A stretch of 63,796 bases of DNA, counting the filler, from Diploschistes diacapsis (lineage: Eukaryota): assembly GCA_023645945.1 (NCBI GenBank). It is 14 parts of 14 records of this genome, joined end to end, with 100 filler letters (N's around TTAATTAATTAA, not from the genome) between each part and the next. Parts side by side here need not be neighbours in the genome. Positions count along the whole stretch, not along the records: positions 1 to 22,081 come from JALAIB010000291.1; positions 22,182 to 23,720 come from JALAIB010002919.1; positions 23,821 to 45,796 come from JALAIB010000292.1; 11 more parts are not named here. One strand, 5' to 3'. Position 1 is the first letter of the stretch, and the number at the start of each line of letters is the position of its first letter. This document shows positions 11,891 to 24,006 of the stretch, in pieces. Below the pieces are notes generated by a model, which was not told the origin of the DNA, ran no database searches, and was given only the letters and a program-made list of their open reading frames with translations. Made by a program: the position numbers and the translations under genes.

Positions 11891-12997
11891 TCATGAGCTT
11901 AACAGATCCCGGACACTGAGACCGCCACCTAGCGTCCTCCTTTCTGGTCGTACATGGCGTCGGTCGTGATTTAGCATCAACAATGCGGCAGTCGCTTCAT
12001 GCGCCGCATCGTACATTACGGTGGGTAGTATGGCCGGCGACGTATTTGCAAAATGACCACTTTCCACGGAAGTTCTATCCAGGGGTAGCAAGCCATCATT
12101 ACAGGCGCCAAATGCCGCGGAAGGACTAAACACGTTTGTTGATCGATTGATCGGTTGTTGAGGCAAAATGTCTGGAGACGTAAAAGTAGAGAGACAACCT
12201 GCTGAAGGCCTCCGTGATGATAGGCTCTCGGGGGCCGAGAATGATTCCTGCCGAGTCTCTTCCAGACCCTCCATTTCCTCGAATGAATCATCCTCTTCGT
12301 CTTCCAAGGAGATCTCGGAAGCGGCCGGACTCCGAGGTCTCGGGGTGGGGGCCTGGGAATGCGATAGCACCGGAAGTGCTGCACGATTCGCGCCTTTAAG
12401 GTCAGCAACGCATTGCTCAAGATACCTCATATAGTCGATTCCAGCTTGTAGTATTGCTAGCTTGTGCATAGAATGCCCACGGCAAGCTGGAATCATTTCC
12501 CGGAGCGTTTCGAACTCCCCATTCATCTTTGATCTCCTCCTTCGCTCGATGATGCTGTGCGCCGTCTTACGAGCCGTCTTCTTCCCTGCTACTGTTGCTG
12601 TAGGGTTCGGCCTTGTTTGTCCTCCTGCAGCTTTTTTTTTGTCGGGCTTGGTGGGGGTAGTCGTTCCTTTCTCTACTGTTCCCGGCTTCATCTGAATGAT
12701 CCTCCGAGGTCGTGTTGGAGGTGGGGGCAAAGTAAACTGTGCGCTTTGCGGGAACTCCATTTTTCCTGGGCGCTGACGTGCATCTGGTTTCCCAGAACGC
12801 CTCCCACTTGAGGTAGGGGCCAAAGGTCCGCATAACGAGTCTGCATTGACTGAAGCAGTCGATGCACTATTTTCTATAGACTCAATCGCTGGAGGAGGTA
12901 GATTGAACGCACGACCAATCGATTGGTCGTCACGATCATCGTTCGCTAGTAGGTCGACTGAAGATGTGGGAGTTGGGGGTAGGCCAGGTCGAGGCAT
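11891..12997 (-). CDS. bHLH transcription factor
   Basis: KTAHSIIERRRRSKMNGEFETLREMIPAC...MHKLAILQAGIDYMRYLEQ is a canonical bHLH; the rest is P/S-rich and low complexity. Confidence 0.9.
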   Translation of the reverse strand: MPRPGLPPTPTSSVDLLANDDRDDQSIGRAFNLPPPAIESIENSASTASVNADSLCGPLAPTSSGRRSGKPDARQRPGKMEFPQSAQFTLPPPPTRPRRIIQMKPGTVEKGTTTPTKPDKKKAAGGQTRPNPTATVAGKKTARKTAHSIIERRRRSKMNGEFETLREMIPACRGHSMHKLAILQAGIDYMRYLEQCVADLKGANRAALPVLSHSQAPTPRPRSPAASEISLEDEEDDSFEEMEGLEETRQESFSAPESLSSRRPSAGCLSTFTSPDILPQQPINRSTNVFSPSAAFGACNDGLLPLDRTSVESGHFANTSPAILPTVMYDAAHEATAALLMLNHDRRHVRPERRTLGGGLSVRDLLSS

Positions 12998-13614
12998 GGC
13001 AAACGAATTTCAAGAAAGATGAGCGAGGAATTGGGAAATCGTGATCGCGTGACACTCAATGTATCGAATCATTTCGTGAGCGCCTTGTATAATCCAAGAT
13101 CAAAGAATTGTCTTTCACTTCGTGATCGCATTTGTGTTGTTACTGTCGCTGAAGTCCTAAAGCAAAATGGAAAAGGGGTTCGATTGAGGGGGAGCATGAA
13201 TGTTGTCTCTTGTAAGGTAAGTAGAGACTTGCACAGTGGGAAAAGGTGAATGCATGGTCCCTTCGTGATAGGCTTATTTGCATGTTGTCCGAGCCAGACA
13301 GCACGTTCTTCGAAGCAATAAGTGATTGGTCTAACTAAGTACATCAGCAGCCATGACGCGGTGGGGGATTCGCGTGGGGGAGACTTGAAGTTGTAGGGCT
13401 GCGAGCGCTGGAAACGGTCAGTCTGTACGTTAAGCCTCTTCTGGTTTAGTTTGTCGTTCATCCGCCTGTTTGCATCAAATCACCCAGCAACTTGAACTTT
13501 CGTAGTCTCTCACGACCTTTGTCAGCCTCTGTTTTCTGCTGCTTTATCACCTCTGCTACCTTGTCAAGTACCAGGTGAGATGGATCACAGAGTTCGCTTA
13601 GAGCATGTAGCGCC

Positions 13615-14721
13615 ATGAATGTCGATAGCAGCGCCAATATCGGCTCTAACAAACCTGACGAACCTGATCAGAAGACAATCATCGCCAACAAACCTCAGAT
13701 TCCTTCCAGCGCTCCGGTCAAAACGACAGTAGGAGCAAAAGCCCAAGATGCGCCGACAATATCAGTGTCGGCCCCTGGAGGAGAGAAGCAGCTGAAGTTT
13801 GACCAACCCTTCAGAGCCGCGCATACGGGTAAATCATCCAAAATCTTTCCACATGAATGTCCATGTTAAAATCACATGTTGACATTATATATCACATTTA
13901 GCCTACGCCAAATCAAGACCGCATTCCGAAAACGATCTGATCAAGCTTTACGGCCTGGGTTGGTTAGAAGCGAGCGTTGCCCGAATAGATCCGAAGACTG
14001 GGAAAAAGATCAATAGGTTGAGGAAATCATATGAAGGCCAAATCAAGAGCTTTGGACTAGCGGGAAGGAACAAAGCAACTCCCCATAACGGCGAGACCGA
14101 TGGGATGAGCTTGTTAGATTTGGGTCACTGGCCGGAAGAGGAGTTTTACGTACAAAAAGTACAAGGCAAGGAGGTGGAGAACGGCCTGTCGAGCGTAGCT
14201 AAATCAAAGATTGAGAAAGCTTTGAATCTGATGCCTGGAAGAGTACCAAGGAACGCAGATTGGGAGAATGTGCTCGGTCTAGACAAGAAGGGCGTTGTCG
14301 ATGATTCTAAGGCAAGAAAACCGGAATCACAGAAGGAAGATGTTCCATTAGCGTCGAGCAACTTGGTCAGAGTCAATGGATACGTCAATGGTGGTGCTAC
14401 ATCGGTGCCCGAAATACATCGACCCAAGCGGGCGGGTAAGAAACGAAGTTATATAGACAGTAGCTTCGAAGGCTACGGTGAGGGCTTTGACGATGATGTA
14501 CAAGGTGACGATTCGTCGAATGAGGGGAGCCGACGAAGCTCCAACTCGAGGCAAAAGCGACAGAAAGTAAGTTCTTATTCAGATTGATACAACAATCTCG
14601 TACTCATAATTGGCAGTCTTCGCACAACTTCTCCTCCTCGTTACAAAGTGGAAACTATGCCGTTGGCGTCTCGCCGACAAATCAACTCAGCAGAGGGATC
14701 TCTTCATACGCTGGCCGGTGA
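13615..14721 (+). CDS. med19: Mediator subunit Med19/Rox3; exons 13615-13828, 13902-14566, 14617-14721
   Basis: Motif RPHSENDLIKLYGL...VARIDPKTGKKINRLRKSYEGQIKSFGLAGRNK and later RPKRAGKKRSY.DSSFEGYGEGF; GT-AG introns keep the frame. Confidence 0.8.
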
Positions 14722-15626
14722 CGAAAAATGGACAATGGTTACACGATCTGAGTATAGCAGCTAGTTCACGGGCCATATCGCAACTATCTGGGTCTTATTA
14801 TATCCCAAGATAAGAAACCGATGCTTGGCGGCATGGATCAGCCAAAGTCACTTATACAGATGAATTGGCTGTTCTCGCTGTTTCTCGACCCAATACTTGT
14901 TGGCAGGTTATGCATTGGAATTTCCTACCAAACAGTGGTCGCAACTTGTTACTTTGCTTTTCGGCGTTTCGGAACCTGGATATACCCTGGGAGAGAGGAG
15001 TTTATGCATTTTCGAGCTTTCCAGCAGCAATACAGAGACTATCGACCTGAGCTATCAAGTTCGATAAGTCGGTCCTCAGCAATTAGAACCATGAAGAATG
15101 CTGTTGATTGGGGATTTCCCGGACTGGTAGTGGATGATCGAATCATTGCTAAATACTGATGAAAGGGTCGCCTAGTCAAGTCACTGCAAGCGAAAGGCTC
15201 AGACTCACCTTTAAGGTTTTACAAACGTATGTTTAGAGCCGAGCTAAATGAAGACGCGAAGCAAGCGCTCTAGCGTCTTCATAGAGTAATTGTATATTAT
15301 CTTGAAGTTATGATTTCCATATCGAGATCATATCTCAGAGTACTGGGAACCTGAATCACTTATCCTTACAAGCCATCCCCCTGCATATAGGTCCACGTCA
15401 CAAAGCGTTGCCCTCAAAAGCTCCATAATTTAGGTATGTAATTCCTTTTGTCTTTGGTCAAGGGAAACGATCCAACTGCCAGAAGATACAACCATTGGAG
15501 CTTTAGATGGTCCAAATACTACGCTTGAGAATTCAACATACCTACATTATAGGCAAAACCGTGCATCAGAGAAAGAAGAGTATCATGCATAAAGAAGACC
15601 TAATTGGGATATCCATCGGACATCTT

Positions 15627-16837
15627 TTAATGGGAAACTTTAAGCACTGCCCTCCCTAGCAACTTTCCTTCCTTCATCAAACCACAAAACTTTTCAACGT
15701 CCTCCAGAGTCCCTTTTGTGAGGATTGGCTGGCACACGATGAGCGTTATTCACCACCAACACGGAAGGTCCAGAAGAGATGTACGCACCTTAACCAAACC
15801 CCGAGCCGTAAAGTCTAAACATTCTTCCACATCCTTCAACGTTCCCGTCACACTGCCCACAACATTGAGCCTTTTTAGCGCCAACAAGATCGGAGGAGCA
15901 CCCGCTACAACTGTCGGATCGGTCGGCAAGCCCACCGCCACCATTGTGCCACCAGGTCTAAGCATTCTCGGCGCACTCTCATAGCTAGCCCTGGAGCCCG
16001 CCGTGACAACAACACCGTGCGCGCCATACTTGGTGGTTTCTATGACCTTAGCCGGCACATTCGTTTCCTCAACATAGTCAATGAAGACTTCCGCTCCTAG
16101 CTTCTTGCACAGCGCCTCCTTATCCGTCCCTCCGTCGATGGCGATTACGCGCATCCCCATGGCTTTGGCATACTGCACAGCCAAATGACCCAGCCCGCCG
16201 CCTGCACCTGGAATGACGATCCACTGTCCTGGCCGCACCGTGCTACGTTTGCACGCAACGTAAGCAGTGACGCCACCGCACATGATGGGACCGGCTTCCT
16301 CATCCGAGACGCCGTCCGGCAAATGAGTGGCATAGTAGGCGTCTGTTAGGGCATACTCTTGAAAGGTGCCAGGGGTGGAGAAACCAGAGTTTAGCTGGGA
16401 AGGGCATTGGAGTTCATCGCGGCCGTTCGTACCTCGATCCACAGTCAGCGTACGTGGGGTTGAACATGCCTTGGAGAAAAGAGAGAAAGCTAAGACAAAC
16501 AGAACTCGCAACTCCGACACACGCTTGCAACCCACTTGATGCCTGCCCTATCCCCTACTTTCCACAGATGCTCTGCGTCGTTTCCAACGGCGACAACCTC
16601 ACCTGCCCCCTCATGCCCAGCAATGCCATTAGCCGCGTCCTTCATCGTGAAACCGAACTTGTCCCATTCATCATAGAGTATAGACTTGTCGCTGCCGCAG
16701 AGGCCAGACCAATTGATCTTCACAAGTATCTGCCCTCTGCCGGGCCGCTGCGGTATGGGAATGGACTGGATTGAAACTTTAACTGAAGTGCCGCTGCCGG
16801 ATTTGACAGCCGCTGATTGCTGCTCAGGAAGACCCAT
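15627..16837 (-). CDS. Zinc-dependent alcohol dehydrogenase (MDR family); exons 16837-16501, 16432-15789, 15728-15627
   Basis: Catalytic Zn motifs GLCGSD and GHEGAG, structural Zn CRSCEFCTNGRDELQC, GPIMCGGVTAY and Rossmann GAGGGLG. Confidence 0.92.
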
Positions 16838-16962
16838 GCTGAAAGCCGATTTCAAGGATTCTTGATTCTCGCAGTGATCGCAAGAGTTATCTTTTTAGCC
16901 CTAAGTTCAAAGGTTGTTCTCACATAGCTGTACTATTGTACAACATCGCCTCAATGCACGAC

Positions 16963-16985
16963 CCCCGCAGTCCGGGTGACCCGGA
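16963..16985. promoter_or_regulatory. Candidate CreA-type site and palindromic CCG/CGG site in the divergent ADH/hmgA promoter
   Basis: Inverted repeat TCCGGGT-G-ACCCGGA at 16971-16985. GCGGGG (SYGGRG) on the minus strand at 16963-16968. Confidence 0.3.
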
Positions 16986-17437
16986 AAGGGAGGCCGTTTT
17001 GGTCATTATACTGTTTCATAACTGAGGACCTATGTCTCTCTAAGGGTTGATAAGTAATCCCGTAAAACCCGCAGACGGAGATCCGAAGGAAGCCGAGATG
17101 AACCCATAAAAGGGCCGTGTCCAACCGAAACCCCCACTCACATCCAACGTCATTTTACTCCTTAAAATCCACCTGTGAGCAACTTTGGAATATTACTGTG
17201 AGGCCGTGTCGCAAAACATCGGCTTCTCCCATGATATAACAGAACCAAAGCTCATTTCAAAAAAACAAATGCCGCTTTTCAGCTTTCGGAACGTAAGGGA
17301 GCACTTTGCACGCCGGCATGCTGCCACGTTCAATCCGCTTGATAAGATCCCGCTTACAGAACGAAACATTGAATACCTCAACGACGGTAGCTACAAGGAC
17401 ACTGTAGACGACTTTGACAGTGAAAGCACGACTCAGA

Positions 17438-18904
17438 ATGCCCGTCTCAAAATTCAGTGTTCCCGAGAAGTACAGATACATGAATGGCTTCAATTCCTAC
17501 AATGAGTTGGTTGAGAAGGCACCTGACAAGTAAAGGCCCTGGTATTAACAGCACTATAGGACCGAAGCAATTGAAAGGGCACTGCCGATAGGTGCCAACT
17601 CGCCCCAAAAAGCCCCGTATGGTCTTTACAACGAGAAGCTCTCGGGTACCGCATTCACCGCAGCCCGCCATGAGAATCAGCAAACCTGGCTCTACCGGAT
17701 TCTCCCCGCTGCCGCGCACTCCCCTTTTGAGCCCCACGAGCCCAGCACGTACAACACAAATCCAGAGTCTGGTAAGCTACATCAAATTCCCAACCAGCTG
17801 CGCTGGGACCCCTTTGACCTCGATGAGACGGTCGACTGGGTCCACGGCTTGCACCTTGTTGCTGGCGCAGGCGATCCGACGATGAAGCAAGGCATTGGTA
17901 CCTTCATCTACGCGGCCGGCAAATCTATGGACCTCAACACAGCCTTCTACAGTGCAGACGGCGATTTTCTGATCGTTCCCCAGCATGGCACGCTCGATAT
18001 ACGTACCGAACTTGGCTATCTCCTCGTGCGACCCAACGAGATCTGCGTAGTCCCACGGGGGATTCGGTACCAGGTTTCCTTACCCGAAGGGCCAGTGAGG
18101 GGCTATATCCTGGAGCTCTATCAAGGACACTTCTCCCTTCCCGAACTGGGTCCCATCGGGTCCAACTGCCTCGCAAATGCCCGCGACTTTCAAGCGCCCG
18201 TTGCTTCTTTTACCGAAGACCACTCCGGCTCAACAACCCATACACTACTATCTAAATTCAATGGCCGTCTTTTTGCCGCCCGGCAAACACACACCCCCTT
18301 CGACGTTGTCGCTTGGCACGGAACATACTACCCTTATAAGTACGATCTCGGGCGCTTCAACACCATCGGCTCCATCTCCTTTGACCACCCAGATCCTAGT
18401 ATCTTTACCGTCCTCTCCGCGCAGTCAGACCACCCTGGAACCGCGATTGCGGATTTCGTTATCTTCCCACCCCGTTGGCTAGTGGCGGAGGACACCTTCC
18501 GCCCTCCCTGGTACCACCGTAACACCATGTCTGAGTTCATGGGCTTGATACACGGAGACTATGATGCTAAGTCTGGCGGCGGATTCAAGCCAGCTGGTGC
18601 GAGCCTGCATAACGTGATGAGCGCGCACGGGCCGGATAGCGAGACACATCTCAAGGCCTCTACAGCGGAACTCAAACCGATGAAGGTAGGGCAAGGGAGC
18701 ATGGCATTTATGTTCGAGAGTTGTCTCATGGTGGGGGTTACGGAGTGGGGACTGAAGAAATGCGCAAAGGTTCAAGAAAATTACAATGCTGAAAGTTGGG
18801 AACCACTGAAGGTTCACTTCAAGCGTCCAGAGACGCTGAAGAATGAGAAAAACGGCACAGATGGGAAAAAGCCCGATTTAGGAGCTTGGGTAGGAGAAAG
18901 CTAA
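17438..18904 (+). CDS. hmgA: Homogentisate 1,2-dioxygenase; exons 17438-17505, 17560-18904
   Basis: [85 protein letters not shown] and HGPD. Confidence 0.96.
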
Positions 18905-19682
18905 GATGGTGATGGCACAATAGGAAAAGATGTGCTTTCTTACATTCATGAGATTTCAGAAAAATCTAGAAGCAATCAGGAGCTTTTCATAGCTTACACA
19001 ACCGATTACAATACTTTCTGTACTAACTGATTGTTAGTTCATCACAGTTAATATATCAGATTATATCTTAATTTGTTACTCAACCAAAGCCATTCTTTCA
19101 ACGGCACGAGGACGTGATAACTTACACTTCATTGTAATTGCGCGCTTGGTATACTATTCTCAAGGAACCTCCAATCTCAAAAAAAAGGCGCCAGGGAATA
19201 ACCAGAGTGCTATTTAACCTGTTCCCTTGTCTTCCCTTCGAGTAGCTTATATTTAAGTCCATGTCTCTACGCCGACCGATTTCGAAACAGCCTCGATTCC
19301 TCAAAGCTTCCATTGCCTTGATACTGGAGACAGAAAGACCACATTTTCTCCAAACCTCCCTAAGCGCCAGCAACCCTTTCATTTCTATCGAATAACCGGT
19401 AGATTATTATTATCAGCTTATGCAGGAGCACCCTCGTGTTATTCATTCTCATCAACGCAAAATAACCCGTGCGCTGGCTCGGAGTGTTAAAATGAGTCAA
19501 TTCTTATTTTTCACAACTTGATTTTCTTCATATTACGATTCGGGCTGCATGTCATCCCTGTTATTGACTTAAAACCTGCTTTAAATACTCAACCTACGAG
19601 ATACCAAACTGGTATTTATTGACGCTTGAAACCAAAGAATATCCCTCAAGTCATCCTCTGCTAGGACAAAATCGTGATCACC

Positions 19683-21000
19683 ATGGAACCAATTCACCTG
19701 CCAAAAGCATCACAAAGGCGTTCAAAAATGCTCTCCGAAGCAAGTTCCACTGGTACAAGGTCTACTTCCTATCAATCAGCCTTGCTAGCCAATATGCAAC
19801 TCTTGTCTCTATTAGACGACGAAGCAGAAGCCAGCATACCTCCTCCTGATGCCGATAGTCTTGAACTTCGCCTGGGAAGAATGTTGTCGGTTGGGTCTGT
19901 CATATCGATCACTTCTAGTATTGCCGAAGAGCAAGATGCTGGTGCAAAGACTGGGGTAGAAGCAGCGCCCTATAAGCTCATCGGTTGGGGTGCTTGTGGC
20001 GCAGTTTACACCCAAGATGGATCCACCAAAGTATTAAAGCTGGCAAAAACCGATGATGAGCAGCTGTGGATCGACTTATCGTATGATGACCAGAGTATGG
20101 GAAGCCTTCGCGCGCACGCCAGAGGTCTCTGAAGAGACTTTTGTCCCTCAGCCCGAGTTTTTTGTGCCAAGAACTGAGACGAGATGGTGGGAGGAAAGAG
20201 AGGCCAACATTCCTTCCGGTGTGGTGGACTTGCCCACTGCCGCTCTATCATCGGAGCGTATCTTTCCTCTCCCGCAAGAAATCCGCTCCGTATTAATCGA
20301 AAAATTCTGTCAACCACGGAACCGTCGGAAGGCCTTGGAAAGCGAAAGCAACAAAGACTGCTTAGTGAGGATATATTTAGGCAGCATGAAGGGGAAAGAC
20401 GGCGGTGCTTTTTTCTCACTGAGAAATTTTAAGTTACACTTGAATCACATGATCGATCTAGTTATGGATGTTCTGGAACTGGCGCGCTACGTTGGAGGGG
20501 CGTTAGCAACACTACACTGGCAAGCAAAGGTGGATGGAAGAGACGTGGAATTCGTGCTTGGAAGCTCACCTACGAACCATATCTATGGGCCCCTTACCTC
20601 GGATGAATTGGACCGACTGCCAGTTAATACCTACACTGAGTTGAAAGTGAGAAGCAAGGTCGACTTTGGGAGAAGAGTCCTACGACTCTGGGTGATAGAT
20701 TTCAATCAGTGTGCTTTGATGAGCATGGACGACGCTGGCGTTAGTGCTGCAGTTGGGGCCTGGAGCATTAATGATCCCTATTTTCCTAAACCAACTTCAG
20801 ATACGCAGCAAGAAATCGAGGTCTGGAACATATTTATTCTTCGTTACCTCGAGGTAGCAACCCGGATTCTGAAAAACGAGACGGTAGCAATCCAGAAGCT
20901 ACCAAGAAAGTTCCTTGCTGGAATTGAAAGAGAACATAAGCATAAGGTGAAGGTGCAGAAAGCAGCTGCAGCGAAGTCTTCGACTGCCGCTCCCATATAG
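19683..21000 (+). pseudogene. DUF3669-like atypical protein-kinase-fold protein, split by a single +1 frameshift near 20076
   Basis: ORF 19674-20132 has IGWGACGAVY and VLKLAK. ORF 20053-21000 has FSLRNFKLH, LHW...DGRDVEFVLG, LWVIDFNQC and NDPYFPKP. Removing one T from GAC-T-TAT joins LWID to YRMMTRVW. Confidence 0.7.
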
Positions 21001-21499
21001 TCTAAAGGCTCTTTAGAATTAGCTAAGAGCATGTAATAGGAAATAGAAATTGCTACAAGAAGCTTTTGATTAACTGAACATTATAATATAGTCCTAATGT
21101 ACATTAGAAATATGTCGTCATTAGTCATTAATGTGCTTGTTTACCCAAGCTTCAGCCTAGAAGCGCTCATCAGGGGCTCATACACTAAATAAGTGAAACA
21201 ACCGATTGCTATACAATGCTGAAAAGCATTTCCTATGGACTCTTTATCACTTTGTCCATGAGCCGTTGTTTTAACTTCTTCTTGAAAAGGGCCTCGATCT
21301 TCTTGCTTCAGCTCCTGAAACCAATAAGTTCTAACTAGTTAGATTAAGCCCCGTTGGGTTAATATCATGTGTCGGCAAATAGCCTCCAAGTTCCTAAGCG
21401 AAGCAGTAAGTATTAAGTAAAAAATCTAGGCTTAAAAATTAAGTAGATTTATTGCACATGACACCCCTAAACCCCTATCTTTTTTTATTTTTAGGATGC

Positions 21500-21747
21500 A
21501 ATCCTTAAACCTTTATTCCATAATTAAAGCTTAAATAACTAAGTAAGTTATTAAGCATTATATTTCCAAACGCTTATTTTTTTGTTTTCATAACTCCTTT
21601 ATTAAAGAACTCGACCTAATCTAGAAGGTATTTAATTAAATTATATAGATGTGCTGAATGATTCCGCCTATAGAGGAATGTTAAGCAGACAGATAGAAGA
21701 TATGGCTGGGAATTCGACTAAATTCTAGAATAAGGTTTAGTTCAGCT
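21500..21747 (+). mobile_element. RIP-degraded Ty1/Copia remnant (RNase H tail and start of 3' LTR at 21679), interrupted by a hAT MITE
   Basis: TTTATTAAAGAACTCGACCTAATC and TAGAGGAA|TGTTAAGCAGACAGATAGAAG match the copies at 22182-22774 and 53053-53579. Confidence 0.65.
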
Positions 21748-22081
21748 TAGGCTGGCCGTTTCGTGCCACGGACACTTCCACGGACACTACCGAGAAAATT
21801 TTTAAAACACGATATTGCCACGGACACTACCGCTAAAATTTTAAAACACGGACACTTCCACGGACACTACCGCCAAAAATTTTAAAACACGATACTGCCA
21901 CGGACATTATACTGCAGTAAATCTACCGAAACATTACCGTAAATCCACCGAAACATCGCGATAAAAAAATAAAAACATGAAAAATAAGCGTGATAATTCC
22001 AGAACTATTAAAAAATAAATATTATTTAAAAGTGTTTCGGTGAATATACGGACATAATAATAAATCTATTAACACGGATAT
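21748..22081 (+). mobile_element. hAT-family non-autonomous element, left end (cut by contig end)
   Basis: Begins TAGGCTGGCCGT, followed by many ACACGG/CACGGACAC subterminal repeats; reverse-complement match to about 57550-57887. Confidence 0.8.
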
Positions 22082-22181
22082 NNNNNNNNNNNNNNNNNNN
22101 NNNNNNNNNNNNNNNNNNNNNNNNNTTAATTAATTAANNNNNNNNNNNNNNNNNNNNNNNNNNNNNNNNNNNNNNNNNNNN
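22082..22181. other. Artificial contig linker N44-TTAATTAATTAA-N44; also at 23721, 45797, 47436, 49075, 50713, 52350, 53986, 55622, 57257, 58892, 60527, 62162
   Basis: An identical 100-nt spacer with stop codons in all six frames occurs 13 times. Confidence 0.98.
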
Positions 22182-22774
22182 GTCTTATAGTGCTTATAAT
22201 TTTTGAAAATATTAATTAATCTGATCTTATAGGACCATTTTTATATATTGTTAATCTATTCGGTGATAATATTTGTTCTTTAGATCTAATAAAACACGCG
22301 AGGATTAACGATCGTTTAAAATACGTCGATATTACTTATTATTACATACGAGATCTTGTTAAGCAAGAACGTATTAAGGTATCTTATATTTTTATCGATA
22401 AGATAATTATTAACGGGCTTACGAAGCTATTAAATTATTCGAAACACGACGCTTTTATTAAGGAACTCGATTTAATTCAAAAGATATTCAATTAAATTAT
22501 ATAAATATACTGAACGATTCCGTCTATAAGAAAATATTAAATAAATAGATAAAAGATATGACTGGAAATTCGATTAAATTTTAATCAAAAGTTTAGTTTA
22601 GTTGAATTCCGAGGTTCAATTTACCTGAACTTTTTGGAACTCTGATTAGACCGATCGGGAGTAGTGTTAGTAATAAGATTTAACGAAATTTATAGGATAT
22701 AAAAGTCTGCGCAGTAGGATATTTTCATAGGATAAGACCTCTAGACTTCAATATATCCATTACGTTGCCAAACA
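22182..22774 (+). mobile_element. RIP-degraded Ty1/Copia 3' end: RNase H remnant plus 3' LTR (about 22535-22774)
   Basis: Translates as ...KYVDITYYYIRDLVKQERIKVSYIFIDKIIINGLTKLL (Copia KHIDIxYHxxR...ADGxTKPL). The LTR ends CATTACGTTGCCAAACA. Confidence 0.8.
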
Positions 22775-23984
22775 ATATATTATATATATTTTAGAATTAA
22801 AAGCGAACCTTATATCGGAATAAAAGTTATGTAAGGCAGACTTACAGAAAAGTTTCGACAAAAACGGCCTATATCTACATAATGGCGAAAGACGGATCAT
22901 TCTTATATGTAAGAAAAAGAATGAAATCTATTACATAAGCAAAATTGTCAAAAAAGAATATACATATGTTACAAAAGCGTACCCAACGAAAATAATTAAA
23001 CCTGAACTGAACCCAAAAGTTCAATCGAACAAAACTAATTATCAATTATAACATGCGCGTATTACCCATATAGGATCCAAAAGGCTTCAGTACCTTCATA
23101 AAATAATAATTTTTATTAATCCGATTCGAGTTATGCCACATACTTATAAAATATACCAATTAACTAAAGCCTGACAGCAGATAAACCATACGCTCGTTAA
23201 ATGTCAGTATAGACTCAAATTGTAATGTGTGTAGAAGATGGATTACTAAAAGCTAGGTAGGCAGCGAGCCCTTATAGCTACTACAATAGCTGTTAAATGG
23301 ATGAAAGCCCAAGGACATCATTACTCATGACATCACGAGCGACGCCGGCGAGGGCAGGAGTAAGCGACACCCTTAATAATTTAATAATTATTACAATATC
23401 CACCGACATAAAATGCTTATGTCCATATAAATAGTGTTTTAAATAAATACTAAATGAGCGAGATAAACCCTCGACATTTAGTTTTAAAACATTTTAATAA
23501 TATTTCTTATATTATTTCCTTTTTTTTTATCTTTAAAGCAATTCTGTTTTTTTATTAAACTTGTTTCTATTTCGTAGACATAACTCTAATCCTATATTCC
23601 TAATAATTCTGCTTTTATAGCGTTAGCGTGTTTTATTTCGAATTCGAGGATCCGGTTTATCGAATATCGTTATAATTCTCGATCGGTGATTTATATGTTA
23701 TCGATAGTATTGTATTTTAANNNNNNNNNNNNNNNNNNNNNNNNNNNNNNNNNNNNNNNNNNNNTTAATTAATTAANNNNNNNNNNNNNNNNNNNNNNNN
23801 NNNNNNNNNNNNNNNNNNNNGAAAGGAGGAGGAAGAGGGAGGGGGAAATCGAACAGAGCCAATGCACAGTTGCATCGCTTCGCTCTCCTACCGTACCCGT
23901 GCTGGCTGGTGACTCCCAACGCAGAGCGAAAGAGCGAGCGGGAGGGATACTCACGGGCCTGCGGAAGAGTAGGGAGGGGATGCT

Positions 23985-24006
23985 AGAGAGAGAGAGAGAG
24001 AGAGAG
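23985..24006. repeat. (AG)11 microsatellite
   Basis: Directly visible. Confidence 0.9.

Noticed and set aside
22126..22137. Recurring TTAATTAATTAA palindrome
   Set aside because: Always centred in 88 Ns; it is an assembly linker.
22775..23400. Moderately AT-rich segment that might be a RIP-damaged host gene copy
   Set aside because: No readable protein motif could be recovered.
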